Source: Lingula anatina (lineage: Eukaryota > Animalia > Brachiopoda). Taken from it: a stretch of 64,000 nucleotides of DNA. The notes beneath the pieces were generated by a model. That model made no database searches. It had not been told where the DNA came from and worked only from the letters and a program-made list of their open reading frames with translations. The DNA lies in the NCBI GenBank assembly GCA_051362555.1, contig CM120641.1, positions 41,298,401-41,362,400 of the forward strand, read 5' to 3'. The translations under genes were made by a program, and so were the position numbers. Below, piece after piece: positions 1 to 15,227 of the stretch. Each line of letters starts with the position of its first letter. Within the stretch, counting starts at the first letter, position 1.

Positions 1-4
1 TTAC

Positions 5-2497
5 CATCTTCCATATCATCTGCTGGACCCTCTGCCCCTTGATCCCGTATGGCATCTCCATTGACTGTAGGGGGATCTCCTGGATCATGGTTGACAACAG
101 CATCTGCAATGCAATTGTCAATACATATTTCAGAAAATTGGCAGAAAAAAAAACTTTTGCATAAATTAAACATGGTCTTCAGTCTTAACATTCAGATTAT
201 TAAGTTAAATGGTGATACCTATGATGACTGGAAAAACTATTCAAGAAGAAAATAAATAGCACTGATGATTTAATAATTTTTTTCTGTAAATTTTATATTA
301 AAAATGTTTGTCACTTCTGAATGTTAATGCTATTCAGAGGAAGGAGCACACATCAAGCATTCCTCATGTCCATAATAACTTAATAATGTAAGAACTTAAT
401 GTGTTCTATTTCTTTTACCGCCTGATAAATAAGTTAAGCAACATGTTTTGTGCAACTCTTCTTTTAGCAATTTTCATAAAATATTTGCAAATGGGAAATG
501 ATCAGTCACACTAAAACAAATGTTGTATAACCAACATATTGTCTATTATTCCACATGGGTACCCACTGTGGCCCAAAAATTGGTATAAAAATCAATACAA
601 AGCCACACATGTAAACACACATTAAAAATCCAGTTGATAATGCACATATATTAAAATATTTATTACCATTAAATCCAAATAGTTTTAGAATTTCATTCAT
701 CTGCCAGAAACACTGTTTATCTTCAAAGTATAGATAATATATCCCATTACTGCACAACATTATACTAGGGATTCACATTGCTGTGTATGTGTGGGAGTAC
801 AACTAAATTCCTATTAAAATTTTCTCTTTCTCAGTTCTGATAATCAATCAATATATACTGCAGTAAGTAATAATTAGATAAAAAAAAACTAGTCATTTAG
901 TAATTGTAATCAACTGAAAGTCTTGTCACATGGCATGTTACCACGGTCTAGGCATGTTAAATCAACATTCATTTTCTCCAGAGACAAAATGGTCATTAAC
1001 CACATCCTATGTTTGCTATAGGATCAATTGTCTATTGAATAACTGCTTAATATGTAGGAGTACTGGTAGGTGTAGAAATATAAAATGATATTTGTTTCTT
1101 AACAATGACATACAATACTTGTGGGTATTTGTTTTTAAATCTACATATGTATGTATGTACATCAAAGTTTTTTTCACGGCCAGTTGAGGCCTTGTGACCT
1201 TATAATCTTCTTCTTCCTCCTCTTATTATCATTATTGTTTGATTTTCAACTTGAACATTTTGAAAGTTCTGTTGTCAATGTGCATTTAAACCCCTCAGTA
1301 CATTTGAGTTACCTGTGACCAAATGCCCCCCCCCCCAAAAAAAAAAATAATAATAAATAAATAAATAAATAAATAAATGAAAAAAGAAGTAAAAATCATC
1401 ATCAGTCTGTACAATACAACACCAAAATTCAAAGTCATGCAAATAGACTATTGGTGGCAATGAATTCAAAGACTGAACTAAAAAGGGTATTTATGAGGTA
1501 ATAGGAGATGACATTGTCCACATAATGCTACAGCATGGTACAGATTTATACAATGCAAAGAAGGCCATGCTCTCAGTAATCTCATAATACTGACAGATTT
1601 CATTTTCTAGCAACCAAAATGCAACAGACAATTATAAGAGACTTAGTTTTATTTTTTTTTACCAGAATACTTCAAATAGTGTGATGGCTAACTGTCTCTT
1701 GCTATTTATAGATAATTTGTGACAGGTGATACTCATGCACATATGGCTGTATGGGGCTAACACTCCTGATAGAATTATTATGAAATACTACAGTACTATA
1801 TTACCGAAGTTGTGACATGAATCCTTCAGGATAATTTTTCTACCCAAGTGTTCCTAAGACCTTGGGGATTGAAACTATTTTGACTTAAATGGATGATAAA
1901 ATTACTTTGACACCAATCACCACCCCAAATACTATCAGACATGACAACTTGGCAAGGATAGAGGGGTGAGTGAGTAGCATTAGTTACAATATGCTATCAT
2001 ATGTTGCTCATAATGCTGAGACCACCCAAAAAACTCAATTAGATTAGAGCAATCCACATATTCTTTATGAAAATCGATACTAACCATAAATGCATCTTTA
2101 AGTTTTATTTCAACTTGTACAATGGTTGTTTTACATGTACCTATTCATACATATTATAATAATTTAATTTCTTTTATTTCCCTTAGCTGTCTGCGGTGTC
2201 AATCGTCACTTTCCATTCATATTTCAATAAATGACTGTCATACTTCCGTAAATTCGACAGCAAGATTTATGTCAATCAAAATCGAAAGATCTTTTTCAAT
2301 GGAAATACAAAAAATTTCGTCATGAGGTGATGCGCCCGAGGTGATGTTGTGATCTGCAGAAGAGACAATGTGACTGTCACACGTCATACACTCTGGACAA
2401 ACATCTTTCCCAATCAAAATATTTACAAACCTTCCCGAGTATCCATCTCCTCGGTTTCTGGTTGATCATCTTGCTTCTCTTTCAATGCATGGTTCAT
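5..2497 (-). CDS. USP7: Ubiquitin carboxyl-terminal hydrolase 7-like, first two coding exons (gene continues beyond the left edge)
   Basis: Exon 1 2497-2431 encodes MNHALKEKQDDQPETEEMDTRE and ends at a phase-1 GT donor. Exon 2 103-5 has a ttgcag acceptor and a gtaa donor and encodes DAVVNHDPGDPPTVNGDAIRDQGAEGPADDMED. This resembles the USP7 N-terminus (MNH..., PVING..., EEDMEDD before the MATH domain). It is also supported by the neighbouring HAPSTR1 gene. No catalytic domain lies in the window. Confidence 0.75.
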
Positions 2498-3077
2498 GTT
2501 GCCGGGAGTTTTTTGTGGAGTGACCGTAGACCCTTTCGGTGTTGCCGAGTTTTTCTGTGAAACGGTCACCTTAACGTGTTTACTCGTGATCCGCCCAATG
2601 TCTAATCGTTTACCCCTGGCAACAGGGGATGAACATCTACAAAGGGGCAACTGTTGACAATATGCAATAAAAGAACTATCACCCTTCTCGTGACGGCTTT
2701 TGCATGAAAATAAACAAGATGGCGCTGAGCAGATGATGACTAGGAATTCTGGGAAAATTATTATCGTCTAGTTTACGTCGAAAACAATTAAATTGATTGT
2801 CCTACAAATCCAAAATAAAATATAACGCTTACATCTATGCATTCTAAAGATCACTGATAATACGTGATCGGTTAGGACTACAAAAAATGGCCTAGTAACA
2901 GAAACGCAGATATTATCGACCGGAAGTATCTACATCGTCCCACAATGCCATTTTCAGGTACAATCAATACACTGAGGCAAGGACGGAACAACGAAAAATC
3001 CCCCTGAAAAATTTTTAAATCTTCTTGTTCCGTCCGATTTGTGACGGTAGGAAGTATAAGGAAAGATTCCATAAACC
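2498..3077. promoter_or_regulatory. Bidirectional promoter/5'UTR region between USP7-like and HAPSTR1
   Basis: Divergent ATGs are 580 bp apart and the region is locally CpG-richer. It has a YY1-type CAAGATGGCG (2715-2724), an ETS/GABP-type CCGGAAGT (2920-2927) and a weak ZNF143-like TTTCCCAGAAT on the - strand (~2746-2757). Confidence 0.6.
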
Positions 3078-5790
3078 ATGGATGACGATCATGATAGGGA
3101 ACAAGAAAGGTTTTCAGATCACTGGCTGAAGAAATGGGAAGATCAATGTCTTGAAGAACTGGAAAACGAGTCCAATATGGACGACCAAATTCAGGCGGAA
3201 AGAGAAGAGTCGTCTCAAAAATTGTGGCATTCTTTTCAAAACGCTGCCACTGCTTTAGCACAGCTATATAAAGGTATTTTTAATTGTTTTTAGAATTTAG
3301 TATTTTATTTTATAATTTTGTGTGTTTTTAACGTACTAATCTTGTGTGGGCGTTGGTTGGGAATTACAAATCATGTCGTAACCTGTATTTATAAAGAGAG
3401 TAGATCGTCTTACATTAGGTAAATTTAGACAAAAGTCATTATAATGTACCGTTTTAAAAAATTAGTTTATGTTTACACAGCCTTTTTGTATTCTATTTGT
3501 GTTTAAGAAATGTTTCGACTTTTGACCGAGTCTTTGTTTATACTGAACTCTCCCAAGTGAACATTTGAAATGGACCAAGAAAATAATTATGGTCGGACCA
3601 TAATTATTTTCTTGGCAAATGCCCAAGTAACATTTAAAAGGATATTCATTTTTGTTACTGGAATGGTGAGAGATAGATCGAAAGCCTGTAGTTTGGTGAC
3701 CTTTTTATAATATAAAATATATAGTACATTATTATGATTAGTAGTAGTAGTATTAGTAAGTAGATGTGGTGTTGTTTTGTTCCAAATCTTTGAGTTGTCT
3801 GCCATTGTTGACCACTCAGGAAGATATTGGAAGTGGCTCTTCTATGACAATATCAGATGACATAAACAAATATTAACTTGATCATCCTTTTCCTCAGTTA
3901 GATCATTTTTTCAAGTTCAGTATCAAGAATTTAAGACTAAATAAAGAACACCAGTTGATATTCTAAGAAAATATAATGTATAATAAGGTTGATTCAGCAA
4001 ATTGAAACCTTGGTTCCAGTTGGTTCTAGTAAACACCTTTGATTCCAGTAATTACTGTGGACCCTTTGTTAGATATATGAAATAAAATTGTATATTTCAT
4101 CTAGTTTTTATTTATGATTTTTTTTTAGATTCTATTTTAAACAGCTCAGTTTATATGGGTTTTTAATTCTTATATGGAATTTCAGAAAAAAAATCTTATC
4201 ATTATTTTCCACAGGTATCTCTCATAGTGTTGGATTTATTTATCATATGAATGATTTGCTACTTTACATTTTAGATCGGAGTCATGGGTTTTCTATGTGG
4301 ATGCCTTTCCAGAATGCAGCAGGTTCTGTGACTGTCTTATATAAGGGTATGTTTGATAATGACATGTACAGCAGAAAAGAATAAAGATCACCAATCACAG
4401 TTAATTTTTATTTTGTTGTTGCCAGCTTTAGTTGAAATTGAATACAAAAAACTTGTACTTTTAAACTTTGACACTCTTGACTTCACAGATATACAAGATA
4501 AAATATGCTGTTATTGAAACAATAAGTGAAGCATACAAGTATCAACAATTGACCCATTTTGGTTGTCCATTTTTACAACTTGTTCAAGTTAAAGAAAGTA
4601 GATGTTAAAATTTGATATTTATTGAAAGAAAAACTCTGTTGTTTTGCCCATAATACATTTTAGACATTTTTTCAGTACTTCGTTTTAGCCAAAGGGCACA
4701 TTTTTTGAGTATAGTATATGCTATCATTTTGCTCATTCACTAAACTGCAAACTTAATTTTCCAGAGAGTGCAGATAACATGAAAAGGTGGTTTGACTTAG
4801 GCATTCAATGTGGACAGCAGAGGAAAACTAGAGACATTGTAGCTTGGGCAAAGAAACGTAGACGCCACATAAGAAGAGAGGACTTAATAGCATTTCTATC
4901 CGGTAAAAATCCTCCACCTAGACATAGGCCTTCCCCAACACGATCACGAGGCACATCACACATGAATTTCACAGAGTGCCCCCCAGCAGTGATACCTCCT
5001 GCAGAGCCAGAGCCTGATCTACAGACATTCAGAGAGGCACTTGCTCTCCAAGGTGAGCAGTTCTGGTTGCAGTGTAAAATAAAATGGTTGAAAGCACCAT
5101 TGAATAAGGTCTGGTATTAAATGAATAGTTGAGCTCGGTGTTAAATGACATGGTTAGGCATGGGATGTAATGAGATGTTAGGACATTGAGATTTGTAACG
5201 GTTTTGAAACTCTTGACCGTTTACAATATGGATTTGTGGCTGTTGTGTCCTTTGTCCTGAAATCTCTGGGACAATACATGACAGCTGATTCAACAGTACA
5301 ACATTAAAAATATCTAGGAAAATGAAATATTTAAGGTCACTTTGCAAAAAAAAAATTTTTTTAAGTACTATTAGTGACGCACATATTTTGTGACACAAAT
5401 GCATAATTATGACCTGCCCCGTTATGTTCTCTGCTGTATATTATAGTAGAGGTGTGCATCACTAATAAGACTCTTTTTTTTTTCATGACCCTTTTAACAC
5501 CGTGTCTGGCAGTAGCAGACTTAGACATAAAAATGACTGCAATATATACAGTGAATAAAAATAACAATGTATCTTTCACATTTTTTTCAGGTTTAAATGG
5601 TGCAATGTCAAATGTGAACATGGGTTACATGCCACACAGCCAAGGGTCCCCAGTAAGAAATAGAAGCAGTATGGAAGAACTGAATATATTTATTTTGGAT
5701 GAGCTATCTCGTCACAATGACAGAAAGCGGACAAGTTCTGGGGATGTGATCATGGACTCACCTACACGTAAACGCAGTAGACTGTTGTAG
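3078..5790 (+). CDS. HAPSTR1: HUWE1-associated protein modifying stress responses (HAPSTR1/C16orf72/TAPR1 family)
   Basis: Exons 3078-3273, 4275-4346, 4765-5052 and 5591-5790; all introns are phase 1 with GT-AG. Motifs: WLKKWEDQCL, LWHSFQNAATALAQLYK, the repeated WMPFQNAAGSVTVLYKE, RRRHIRREDLIAFLSGK, DLQTFREALAL and a C-terminal NLS DSPTRKRSRL. Confidence 0.93.
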
Positions 5791-8700
5791 GGAAAAAGAC
5801 TTGCATAAGATATTTGGGAACATGTTAAAAGAAACCTATTTATGTCCAAAATTAAACATGTTATGCTTCAGTTAGTGAATTCTTCGAGTACATTCTTCAT
5901 TGTGAAGCTTGATAACAACTGCCTTTGTATGGGTAATGTTTTATGGAACTGCAAAATTATACCACACTTCACTATTTTTCTTACTTTTCTGCTGGCTTAA
6001 GGTTATATCAGATTCTCAACAGTTTATTTCCTGAAGTAGGTCGACATGCTTATTGTTGCTGCTGGATATTGAACTGTGATTTTTCTTAAACCAAAAATTA
6101 GTATAGAAGAACACCTGTTAACTAAATTTGGAATAATATGATTTAGAAATGAGTTTATAGCATATAGCTTACTTTTCTGCAAATTTTATTATTTTTTTTT
6201 TTCTTTAGAAAATGAAACGAAAGTATTTTATTGTAGTTAAGTTAATGATTTTTAGTTAAGATTTTGGTTATCTCCAAAATTGGTTGATATTATTCAAAGG
6301 CTAACTTTTGAAGCATATTTTTGGAAGGGACTGGCACTTAATTTTTTTTTTTCATTCCCAAAAGTTATAATTTTTCAGGAAGAAATTCAATATACCAGAG
6401 ATTCTAATAAAGGTTATTTAAAAACATTTGGTATCTTTATTTTAAATTTGAATTATGTGGGGGAGGGGGATCGGTAGTTCCTAAAGCTATGTTGTAACCT
6501 GCAGAAAAAAGTCTTGGAACTGCCCCATAATAATAATAATAATTTCATCAAAATATCCTATCCAAATCTAAATTAGATTTCTACAGAAGCATCGTTTATG
6601 CTTTCAAACAGCACTCCTTGTCAATTGTGTTTGCAGTGCTCCTCAATCTCACCTACCACACTGAGCACTTGGCCCTTTACATGTATCAGACTTAGGCGTA
6701 TTGTTAAAGGCATAATAACTCTTTGTATGAGACCTATATTTCACAATAAAAACCTTGTGAATAACTCATAGAAATATAATATATTCTGTTTTACCACAAA
6801 AACAGCAGTTATAGCTTTTATTCTGATATTTGAACTTGTCTTTAGACCACGTGACCTCCATTGATGTCTATACTTTGTTAAAATCTCTTAAGAGATTTTA
6901 ACAAAAAACCAAACTTTTTAGAAAAAAAAACCAGGGACTAACTTTGAATGTAAAAATGGATTCATTAACCATTGGTAAGTATGGGAAAATTGTTGTTTAC
7001 TCCAGGAAAATTCATTTTTTGGCCGAAACGAAGAGTTATTATTGCTTTAACTTCCATCAGTTTGTATACAATTACAAAAAATTGTGCTATGTTAACTATG
7101 GCTTCACATACAATTTTTTCCAGTTCATTATCTTAGCCATTTCATTTCGATTACCCCAATTGAAAGGATCTAGAATTAACCAAGGCAATATTTTAAAGGT
7201 GGTCTAAATTGTTTTCAGCTGATATGATTAATAGTGAATATTATGTTCCAGTATATTAATGTCACATTCAAACACTATATTGCCTGACAAAAAGGCAGTT
7301 TAAACCATAAAACCTGCAGTAGCAGGTCTGAGAACCTTTTTTCATAAAGATAAGTATTTAGGCATGCCTGGGTTCCAGAGGGACATATCAACATAAAGAA
7401 AAACATCAAAATAGGAGTAATTTTTAAGTATCTTTTTAGTATGCAAATAGTACTTAAATGACACCCCAAATCTTTTAAGAGGTTAATGTCTGTCCAACTA
7501 CTATTTATTTAGCATGGTTAAAACCTATTATGCTCCAAAATTAATGGGGCAAGATTCTGCAGTTTTTCTTCTAGATAGCCTGAACTGTCCCATAGGCATG
7601 TTACGTTCTTTTAAGGTGAAGACATTAATGTTTTATTTTATTACTGTTTAAGCCAAGTGAAGAACAAAGTGATCTTTGAAAAATGTAATACTGTCTTAAG
7701 AATAAGGCTTTTATGTCACGAAATTGTTAAAAAATTTCTTCCAAAAATACTTCCAGAATAGTTCCTTGAAAGTAAATAGGATTTCTGAATTAACCGTTTC
7801 ATAGAAACAAACACTATCAAGTCAAATATATCCTGTGTTAAAACATGCAGGTATCAGTCAAAATGTTTTTATGCCACATTATGAGACTTTTCACTGTCCC
7901 CCCCCCCCCCCCCCCCTTTCCCAGTCTGGTAGATTTATTAGTTCCATAAAATGGCTTCCAAGGCTTATGTTACAGCTTCTTGTCATAGAGGTTAAACTTA
8001 AGGGGCATATATGTCCTGTAACTTGCATGCAGGGGTATCTATCAAAATGAACTCATAAACATTCATGTGGTTGCATAAAGTTTAAGCAGGTTTTATTTAA
8101 GAAGCAATGTTAAATACATGGTCTCTTTTTTCTGTACTTTCAAGCCTTCAATCTAGATGCTATACACAGTCTTACTTATTGGATCCTTATCAAGTTATCT
8201 AAATATTATAATCAATTCATGGCATGGAATATTCCTGGCAAGAGAGCATATTGAAAAAACAGGTATGCATAATTCATTGAATCATCAAACTTGGTAGAGA
8301 AAATCAGCAGTAGAAGCTCTAGCTATATTATACAGGATAATAATAATAATAATAATAATAAAAGGCCCTAGCACCAGGTTAAAAAGCAAGCGATATACAT
8401 ATGATATGCGCTTCCAGGTAGAGGGGAAAACAATCATAGACTAGTGTGAAATGACTGGAAGCTCTGCCTGGACAAAAACGTACGTACATGTCTATATTAT
8501 ATATCTAAATATATATATGTTCCCCCCTCTCTAGATGGAAAGATAAATTAACAAATTCATAAAGATAGGTTCATATGTATAAACCTAATCTAGAGATATT
8601 CAATCATCTGAAACCGAGAATCACCACCAAGGCTAAAAAATAAAATACTAAAATAAACACTAAATAAAATCATAATACAGAAATAAGTTGGCAATTATGA

Positions 8701-9848
8701 AAAAATCTATTGATCAGCTATATAAAACCTAGCAACAAAATCAGCAGTATGTCATCAATCACACTTTTGGTCCCAAGTGGATATATATTTTCCTTTACTG
8801 TATAACTCAACATGCAACTAAACAATCACAGAGAATGATTTTAATCAATAGTCGTACGTGAAATTCTTTCACCAAATACAAGACTACCTTTACAGCAGTG
8901 TATGATCCTATTATGAAATGTTAAATTGTGAAGTAAATTTTCCTTTTATACACCTGCATTCATTAACTGAGCACCAACATTCAGGAGGGTTAAAATACTG
9001 ATTAATCAACTTAAAACAATAAAATTTCAAGACTGAAAAAGCATACTATATTCTCCACTTAACTAATATATGAATTTCACGTCCATTTTAATTTAAATGT
9101 GACCTTAAATCATGTGACCAACATTTAAGTTTCTGTGGTTCTAAATGTATTAAGTACCTCTTAAGTTATTCTTTCGTAAATCCTGATTAAAGAATAATCA
9201 GAAAGCTACAACATAACAAATTTGTTAATTTTCATAATAACAAAATAAAAGAAAACTGAACACTTCAAAGCCTTTTCTTACAACACAACATTGACCTTTT
9301 TTGAAAATAAAACATGCATAATTCATCACATCCAAAACCGTAGTGCGAGCAGCTTTATGAAGTATATTTCTTGCTCTATTCACCATTTATTATATCAATT
9401 TTAAAATGTGATCTGCAAGTGTAACAATCATTCTTCCAATATGAAGAATGTTAAACTATATATTAAAATAAATATTACATGACAGATTTAATCATGTGAC
9501 CCATCATTTGTAGACTGAATTAGCACCAATTAACATGTGAAATCTAAATATATACAGTACGTTTTCCTTACTAGGTTACCTTATCAGGTTATAAACTCAC
9601 TGAAATATCTATCTTTACCTACACTAAAAGAAACCAAAATCAAAAGTTCACATTTCACTTTAAAAATATTCTTAAAATAATAATCTGCCACAAGCACAAC
9701 CTACATAGAGAGTGTCTTGTTAAAATTTTGGTACATTCATGTTCAACATCTTGTTCTCATGTGACAAAAAATCTTTACCCTCAAATGGGAAAGGCAAACT
9801 GCTTCTGCTGTGACATTAACTCTTATCATAAACCAGCACTGGTCTTAT

Positions 9849-12800
9849 CTACAAGTGTGTATCTTCAAGGAACCCTGGTTCGCCAAGGACGAGTTTGCGC
9901 TTCTCAACAGCTTCAAGTATTTTGCGACGGGGTCCAAGTGGCACATTCAAATCTCTTAAATCTGAATCAGTCAGCAACATTAATGCTTCCAAATCCACCT
10001 TCTCTCTGTTAAACTGGGGGATAAACTCCATAAGTCCATGGGACGCTAAAAATAACTCGAGTGGCGTACACTGCTCATCATCTTCATCCAGATAAGCATC
10101 ATCTTCCTGCCATTCTGTACCTTTATGATCTTTGGACGTAAGGCTGCTGGCAGTGCCTATGCTGTCCGTGTAGCTACCTTCTCTTTGTTTTCCATTTCCA
10201 TTGGCAATTTGATCGATCAACTCATTGTCGTCAAAACCATCGTCATCGTCTTCTCCCTGGTGTTCTGGAGGAAGCGACATGGCAGCACGGTTCAAAAATG
10301 CCATGTTGCCAAACCCAGGCCTATCAAAAACTCCAAAAGCATTGCTTTTATTTAGGGAGTCTGCACTATCTACCCCTGAGTCAGCGTTCCCTTCTCTCCC
10401 CTTCTTGCCTTCTAAACTTATGTTATCGAACAATTCATCAAGCCGCTTTCTATTTGGGCTTGTCATTTGGTTGGTCATATTTACATCTTCCTCAGGTTGT
10501 CCATCTGTTTTAGTGTACATGATTTCAGAGTCATGAACATAGCCACCTGTGAGTGACTGACTGGTTCTACGTCCATCTGCCTGCATTCCTCCTATTTTAA
10601 AGTTGCCATTGCGCATGCCTTTCTTAGCTTCAATTTTACGAGATGCCCCACCGTGAGCACTGTAGCCAACTGTTCCGCCCCGGTTGTTTTCTGTATTGGC
10701 AGGTTCTGATCCTTTGTTCAGCTCCTCTTGCACTTTACTTCCTTTAAGTCTTAGAGTCAGCGTCTTGAAAAATGACTTTTTCTGAGCAGGTTCTGGATTT
10801 TCTTCAGCATACATTCTTCGTTCTTCTTTTTCTGCCCTTTTTTGTGCCTTGAATTGCAGTTTTTCATATCTCTTAAATCTTTCATCTGCCTCCAGGACTG
10901 CCTTTTCTTTCATCTTTTTCACAAACTTTGGGTTTGTTGCCGACTGCTTGGCTACAACTCCGTCTAGAAAGCGGACAACATCCATGTGGTTCTTCATGGA
11001 GGCCAAGTCCAGAGAGGAGTGATGGTCATTGTCCAGAGCCCAAATGTTGACCCCAAAATTGACCAGGTATGTGACACAGTGGAGGTGACCATTGAAGGAC
11101 GCATGGTGCAGGGCTGTGTTCCCCAACAAGTCACATTTGTCTGCATCACCTCTGTAATAACAGAAAAATAGATATCAGACTGCATACCTCCACTGAATTA
11201 CCAATTTTATATAATACAAATGTAAACAAAAGTACATGCTGGCCATGAATGGCCTGAAATATTCAAGGGTGATTTTCAGGACGAAAATTAAAAATCAAAT
11301 TCTAGTTCCTAAATTTTGTAATAGTTCAATGATATAAAGTAAATATTGGCAAAAAAGATAAGGATGCCTTTCTTTTATTAAAATGGCTAGAGCATTTTAT
11401 TTTGAACACTAGACTACCACTAATGTACCCAAGGTAAAGAAGATGAAAAATATTATGTACTAGTACTAGAATTTTAGAACATTTTTTTTGTCTTAAGTCC
11501 ATTTGTTAAAAGAGACCCCAAAGGCATATGCTCTTAACAGCATATTGAAATAAAATATTAGGTTAAGTGCCAAAATTCAGTGGCAATATATAATAAAGTT
11601 ACAGTGTGTATGCCAGTTTTAGGTTTACCCTCCTGCCATTTACATCATACTTTTCAAATGTATGATCAAAACATTGCAAAGGAGTTAAATCATCTAACAG
11701 GTAAACAGACAAATCTGCTTAAAATGTTTAATGTGCACAAATATTGTAATTGCCTTTACATCAAAATCATACAACAGTGAAGCATGTTTGCTCTCTATTC
11801 TGATCCACATAGGTCAAACGTCCTCTTAAGAAACTGTCACAACGCAAACTGTGAAAATATTTACTCACAATCATCACTTCAAGAAAAACAATATACTAGT
11901 ACATAGCTACCATACATCAACCATTTTTGTGGTTCAGCCAGTGCTTTAAATGGGAAGACTTAAAATGGAATGCTATTTGATGGTGTGTTATTCAGGGTGG
12001 GGCAAGGCATTTTGTATTTACCAGGCTACACTATCTTGTGTAAATACAGCTACATTACACCCAGGGCAAACAGGAATCGACCACCAAAAAATACTGTTAG
12101 CATTCTTGAGACTCTTTTTACACATGCTATGCACCTTCATGTTTAGTATTTCAACCACAAAATGCCTAACTTTGTGGATTTTTTCATACACAAAATATCT
12201 TCTTTTATATGTATTTTGCCAACATAATATTTGCCTTCACAGATTTTATTTTCCTGCAAAGCGCCTTCTTTTATAGATTTTTTTGCGCATAAAATGTCTT
12301 CATTTACTGGCTACACAGTACACTTGTCAGCTTATCAAAAAATACCACTGAGAATGTTTTATGGGGGTTTTAAGTGCAGCTACCTAGATACATGCATATA
12401 AATTAGATTGCCACACGCCTGATAAGTAAAAGTTCATGTATGTGTCTTATATCAGTTAATGTTGTCACAGATCTATGTCATATGGACTACAGTGAGTCAA
12501 ATGCACCCTCCCATCTATGACACCTGCACAATGTGTCCAAGATCACAATCTGTCTCCGCATTATGACACTAAACCACATGTGAAACACTAAAATTGTAGA
12601 CATAAAATGATTACAACTAACAACTAACAAGCATTCACAAATTAAATGTTTACAGCGGAGATTTAGGCACCCATATTATAAAGCAAATCAGCAGGGTATC
12701 ATAAAAACATAAAATTAATTAATTAATTGCTTATTCATTCATTCATTCATTTATTTATTCATTTGGAGGTAGAGAAAGACTGTCAGAAGGAAAAAAATGA

Positions 12801-15189
12801 AATTTTTGTACATTTTTCACTCCCAACATGCCAGACACAAGCATTTTACTTCTATGTTACCAAGACATTAACATGTATTCTGGCCTAACATGTATCCACA
12901 ATAGTTATCACTACAGCCGAGTGTCAAGTTTACCACACAGCAATAATCACACTGGCATGTCTTTCATCATCTAAATTCTTAGAACCAAACATCTCCATAT
13001 TTTTCATGTTTAGGCTACAGGTATTTCATAACATATCAATAACCATTATTATTTCACAGACTGACTTTATACATATTTAAACTTTCTTTTTATTTATAAA
13101 TAATTGCATATATAATATCTCCTTAAAGATGTACACTCATAGTAAAATAAACCTTATCCTATTTAAATTCAAGATATCTTTAGCAGAAAAATTAATTTCA
13201 TTGTGTCTTGTCAACAATGAAGTCATTATGGCTATATATCATTCACTAATCACTAACAGCTGATTAACTCAACAGGCTACGCACTTTAGTTTTACAAATG
13301 ACAGCTCATTCCATTTGCAGAGGGCAAGTGGTGCCGTAGCTGATTTGATATCATGTTAATAGCACTTGACAATATGCTGGGGGCTTGCCCAGGTGTTAAC
13401 TTGGTGAAGGAGAGGAGACAATGACTGGGATCCCATAAACCTATCGTACTAGCAGGATCTATCTAACTCCAAGGGGATTCTCCCTAAATTGCATTCAGTT
13501 TAGGCAGCTTAAATGTCTGTCAAGACCACTGAAGCTGCTAGGGGGATAATTAAGTTTCGTGCATGATTTAACTGAATGCAATTTGGCAAGTATCAAGTAT
13601 TTTTCAAAAATATCTTCCAAGCATAAGGCACAAATTTTCAATATGCTGTCAACAAACCACTAGTGGTTTTTTAGTGAATGACTAGAATATCAAACTGCAT
13701 TACCATAAGGATAAACTGTATTATCTGATAGCTATCACATATGATAAATTGCTATTTATAAATTTACAACACTCATATTATGCCCATCCATAATCCACCT
13801 GTAGACAGATTTCCTTATTTTGTACAATAGTAACTTTAAAAGACAAGGGGATCAATTTTGTATAAAAAACAGTGATTAATAAGGATTAGATAACCTTTAA
13901 GTAAACATTAAGATACCTAAACTTCATTAGATATAGCCAAAAACACCGTAACTTGACATCTCACAAAATAGCATGACAGGGAAGTAGGCATCATTCAAGA
14001 ATTCTATTATGGGGGGAAAAAAAGCATACATTTATATATACAACAAGACTTTTAGTAGTGTTTAAATGCATAAAGAATGTGAAATTCATATCTATAGTAC
14101 ATCAAGGGAAAAACATGGCAATTATCTCTTTAATGGAGTATATTGCATCAATTATATGTACCCCTTGCCCTTAGGCATTAAGAAAAACATTGCTTATGCA
14201 TTATCTAATTAAAGGGGTGTGCATTATTCTATCAAATATGCTTCCAATAAATATGTCAGTCCTTACTTAATGCTTACATTTATTTTCCAACATGCCATTG
14301 TAACTCAGATACACATACAATAGTGCAATCATGACATTATAGACAATTTTTTCTTTGGTTTCGAGATTTAGCAGAAATTTTCATTTCATCAAAAACAAAT
14401 AAAATTTACACATGTGAAAAGTTAAAGAGTTTTTAACATGGTCTTTTGGTGAAATTTTTCATTTTTCCATTTTTCACACACATACTTCATTTAGGATTCT
14501 TACATGTGGTTAATAGAGATGTATGCAAGCGTTATGTTTCATAGGCAACAGCTGTTCATACCATAATATTTCAGTGTCCCCTGGGGCACAGGTTTACATA
14601 ATGTCTCACACTGTCCTAATAATAAAGCCTTGGGCCAAATCTAAATCCCCTTTATTGACTAAGAAGCAATGCCAGGTACGTGTTTCAAGACCTAATTCTT
14701 TAAAAGCATCTCACTCAGTGAGAAAACATATATCATAGGGGTGGCAAATTGTACAGCAGACAGAACCTGTATTTTGTCACTTAAACATGTGCTATCTAGA
14801 CATTTGAGATAAAGCTCAAGACACAGACATACCTGTATAAAATCAATAGACACTTTAACAGAGAAAATGTTATCACAACCAGCTAAACATACGTGTATAA
14901 TGCACTATGTGAGAGACTGGACTCGATGAATAGACAGCTATGTAAAGAATTCCTTACGGCATATAAAATGGTCAATCAAGCTAAGGAACCTTATGGTGAA
15001 AAGAAACACAACATCTATTTAAAGGTGTAAATGTATATACTTTCATAACATTCTTAACCAACACAAGGCAGGTCAAAACTTCTCCAATGAGTGGTTCTCC
15101 TGCGAGTTGGAAGGGGTCAGGGGTTAGAGGGTTGGGAAAACCTTTTAAAGACCAATAATGGGAAGATCTATAATAAATCAAGTTGAAAG

Positions 15190-15227
<38 letters not shown>

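Noticed and set aside
2498-2650. N-terminal extension of ORF 2423-2650 (MPLCRCSS...)
   Set aside because: It starts at a non-ATG codon. The ATG at 2497 (MNH...) matches the USP7 start, so the upstream part is probably 5'UTR.
5791-9848. Possible extra gene between HAPSTR1 and USH1G
   Set aside because: Only short AT-rich ORFs with no splice-consistent homology. It is best explained as convergent 3'UTRs and intergenic DNA.
9728-11185. Several antisense and alternate-frame ORFs over the USH1G exon
   Set aside because: These are shadow ORFs of a real coding exon with no independent motifs. The same applies to ORFs overlapping fucosidase and polycystin exons.
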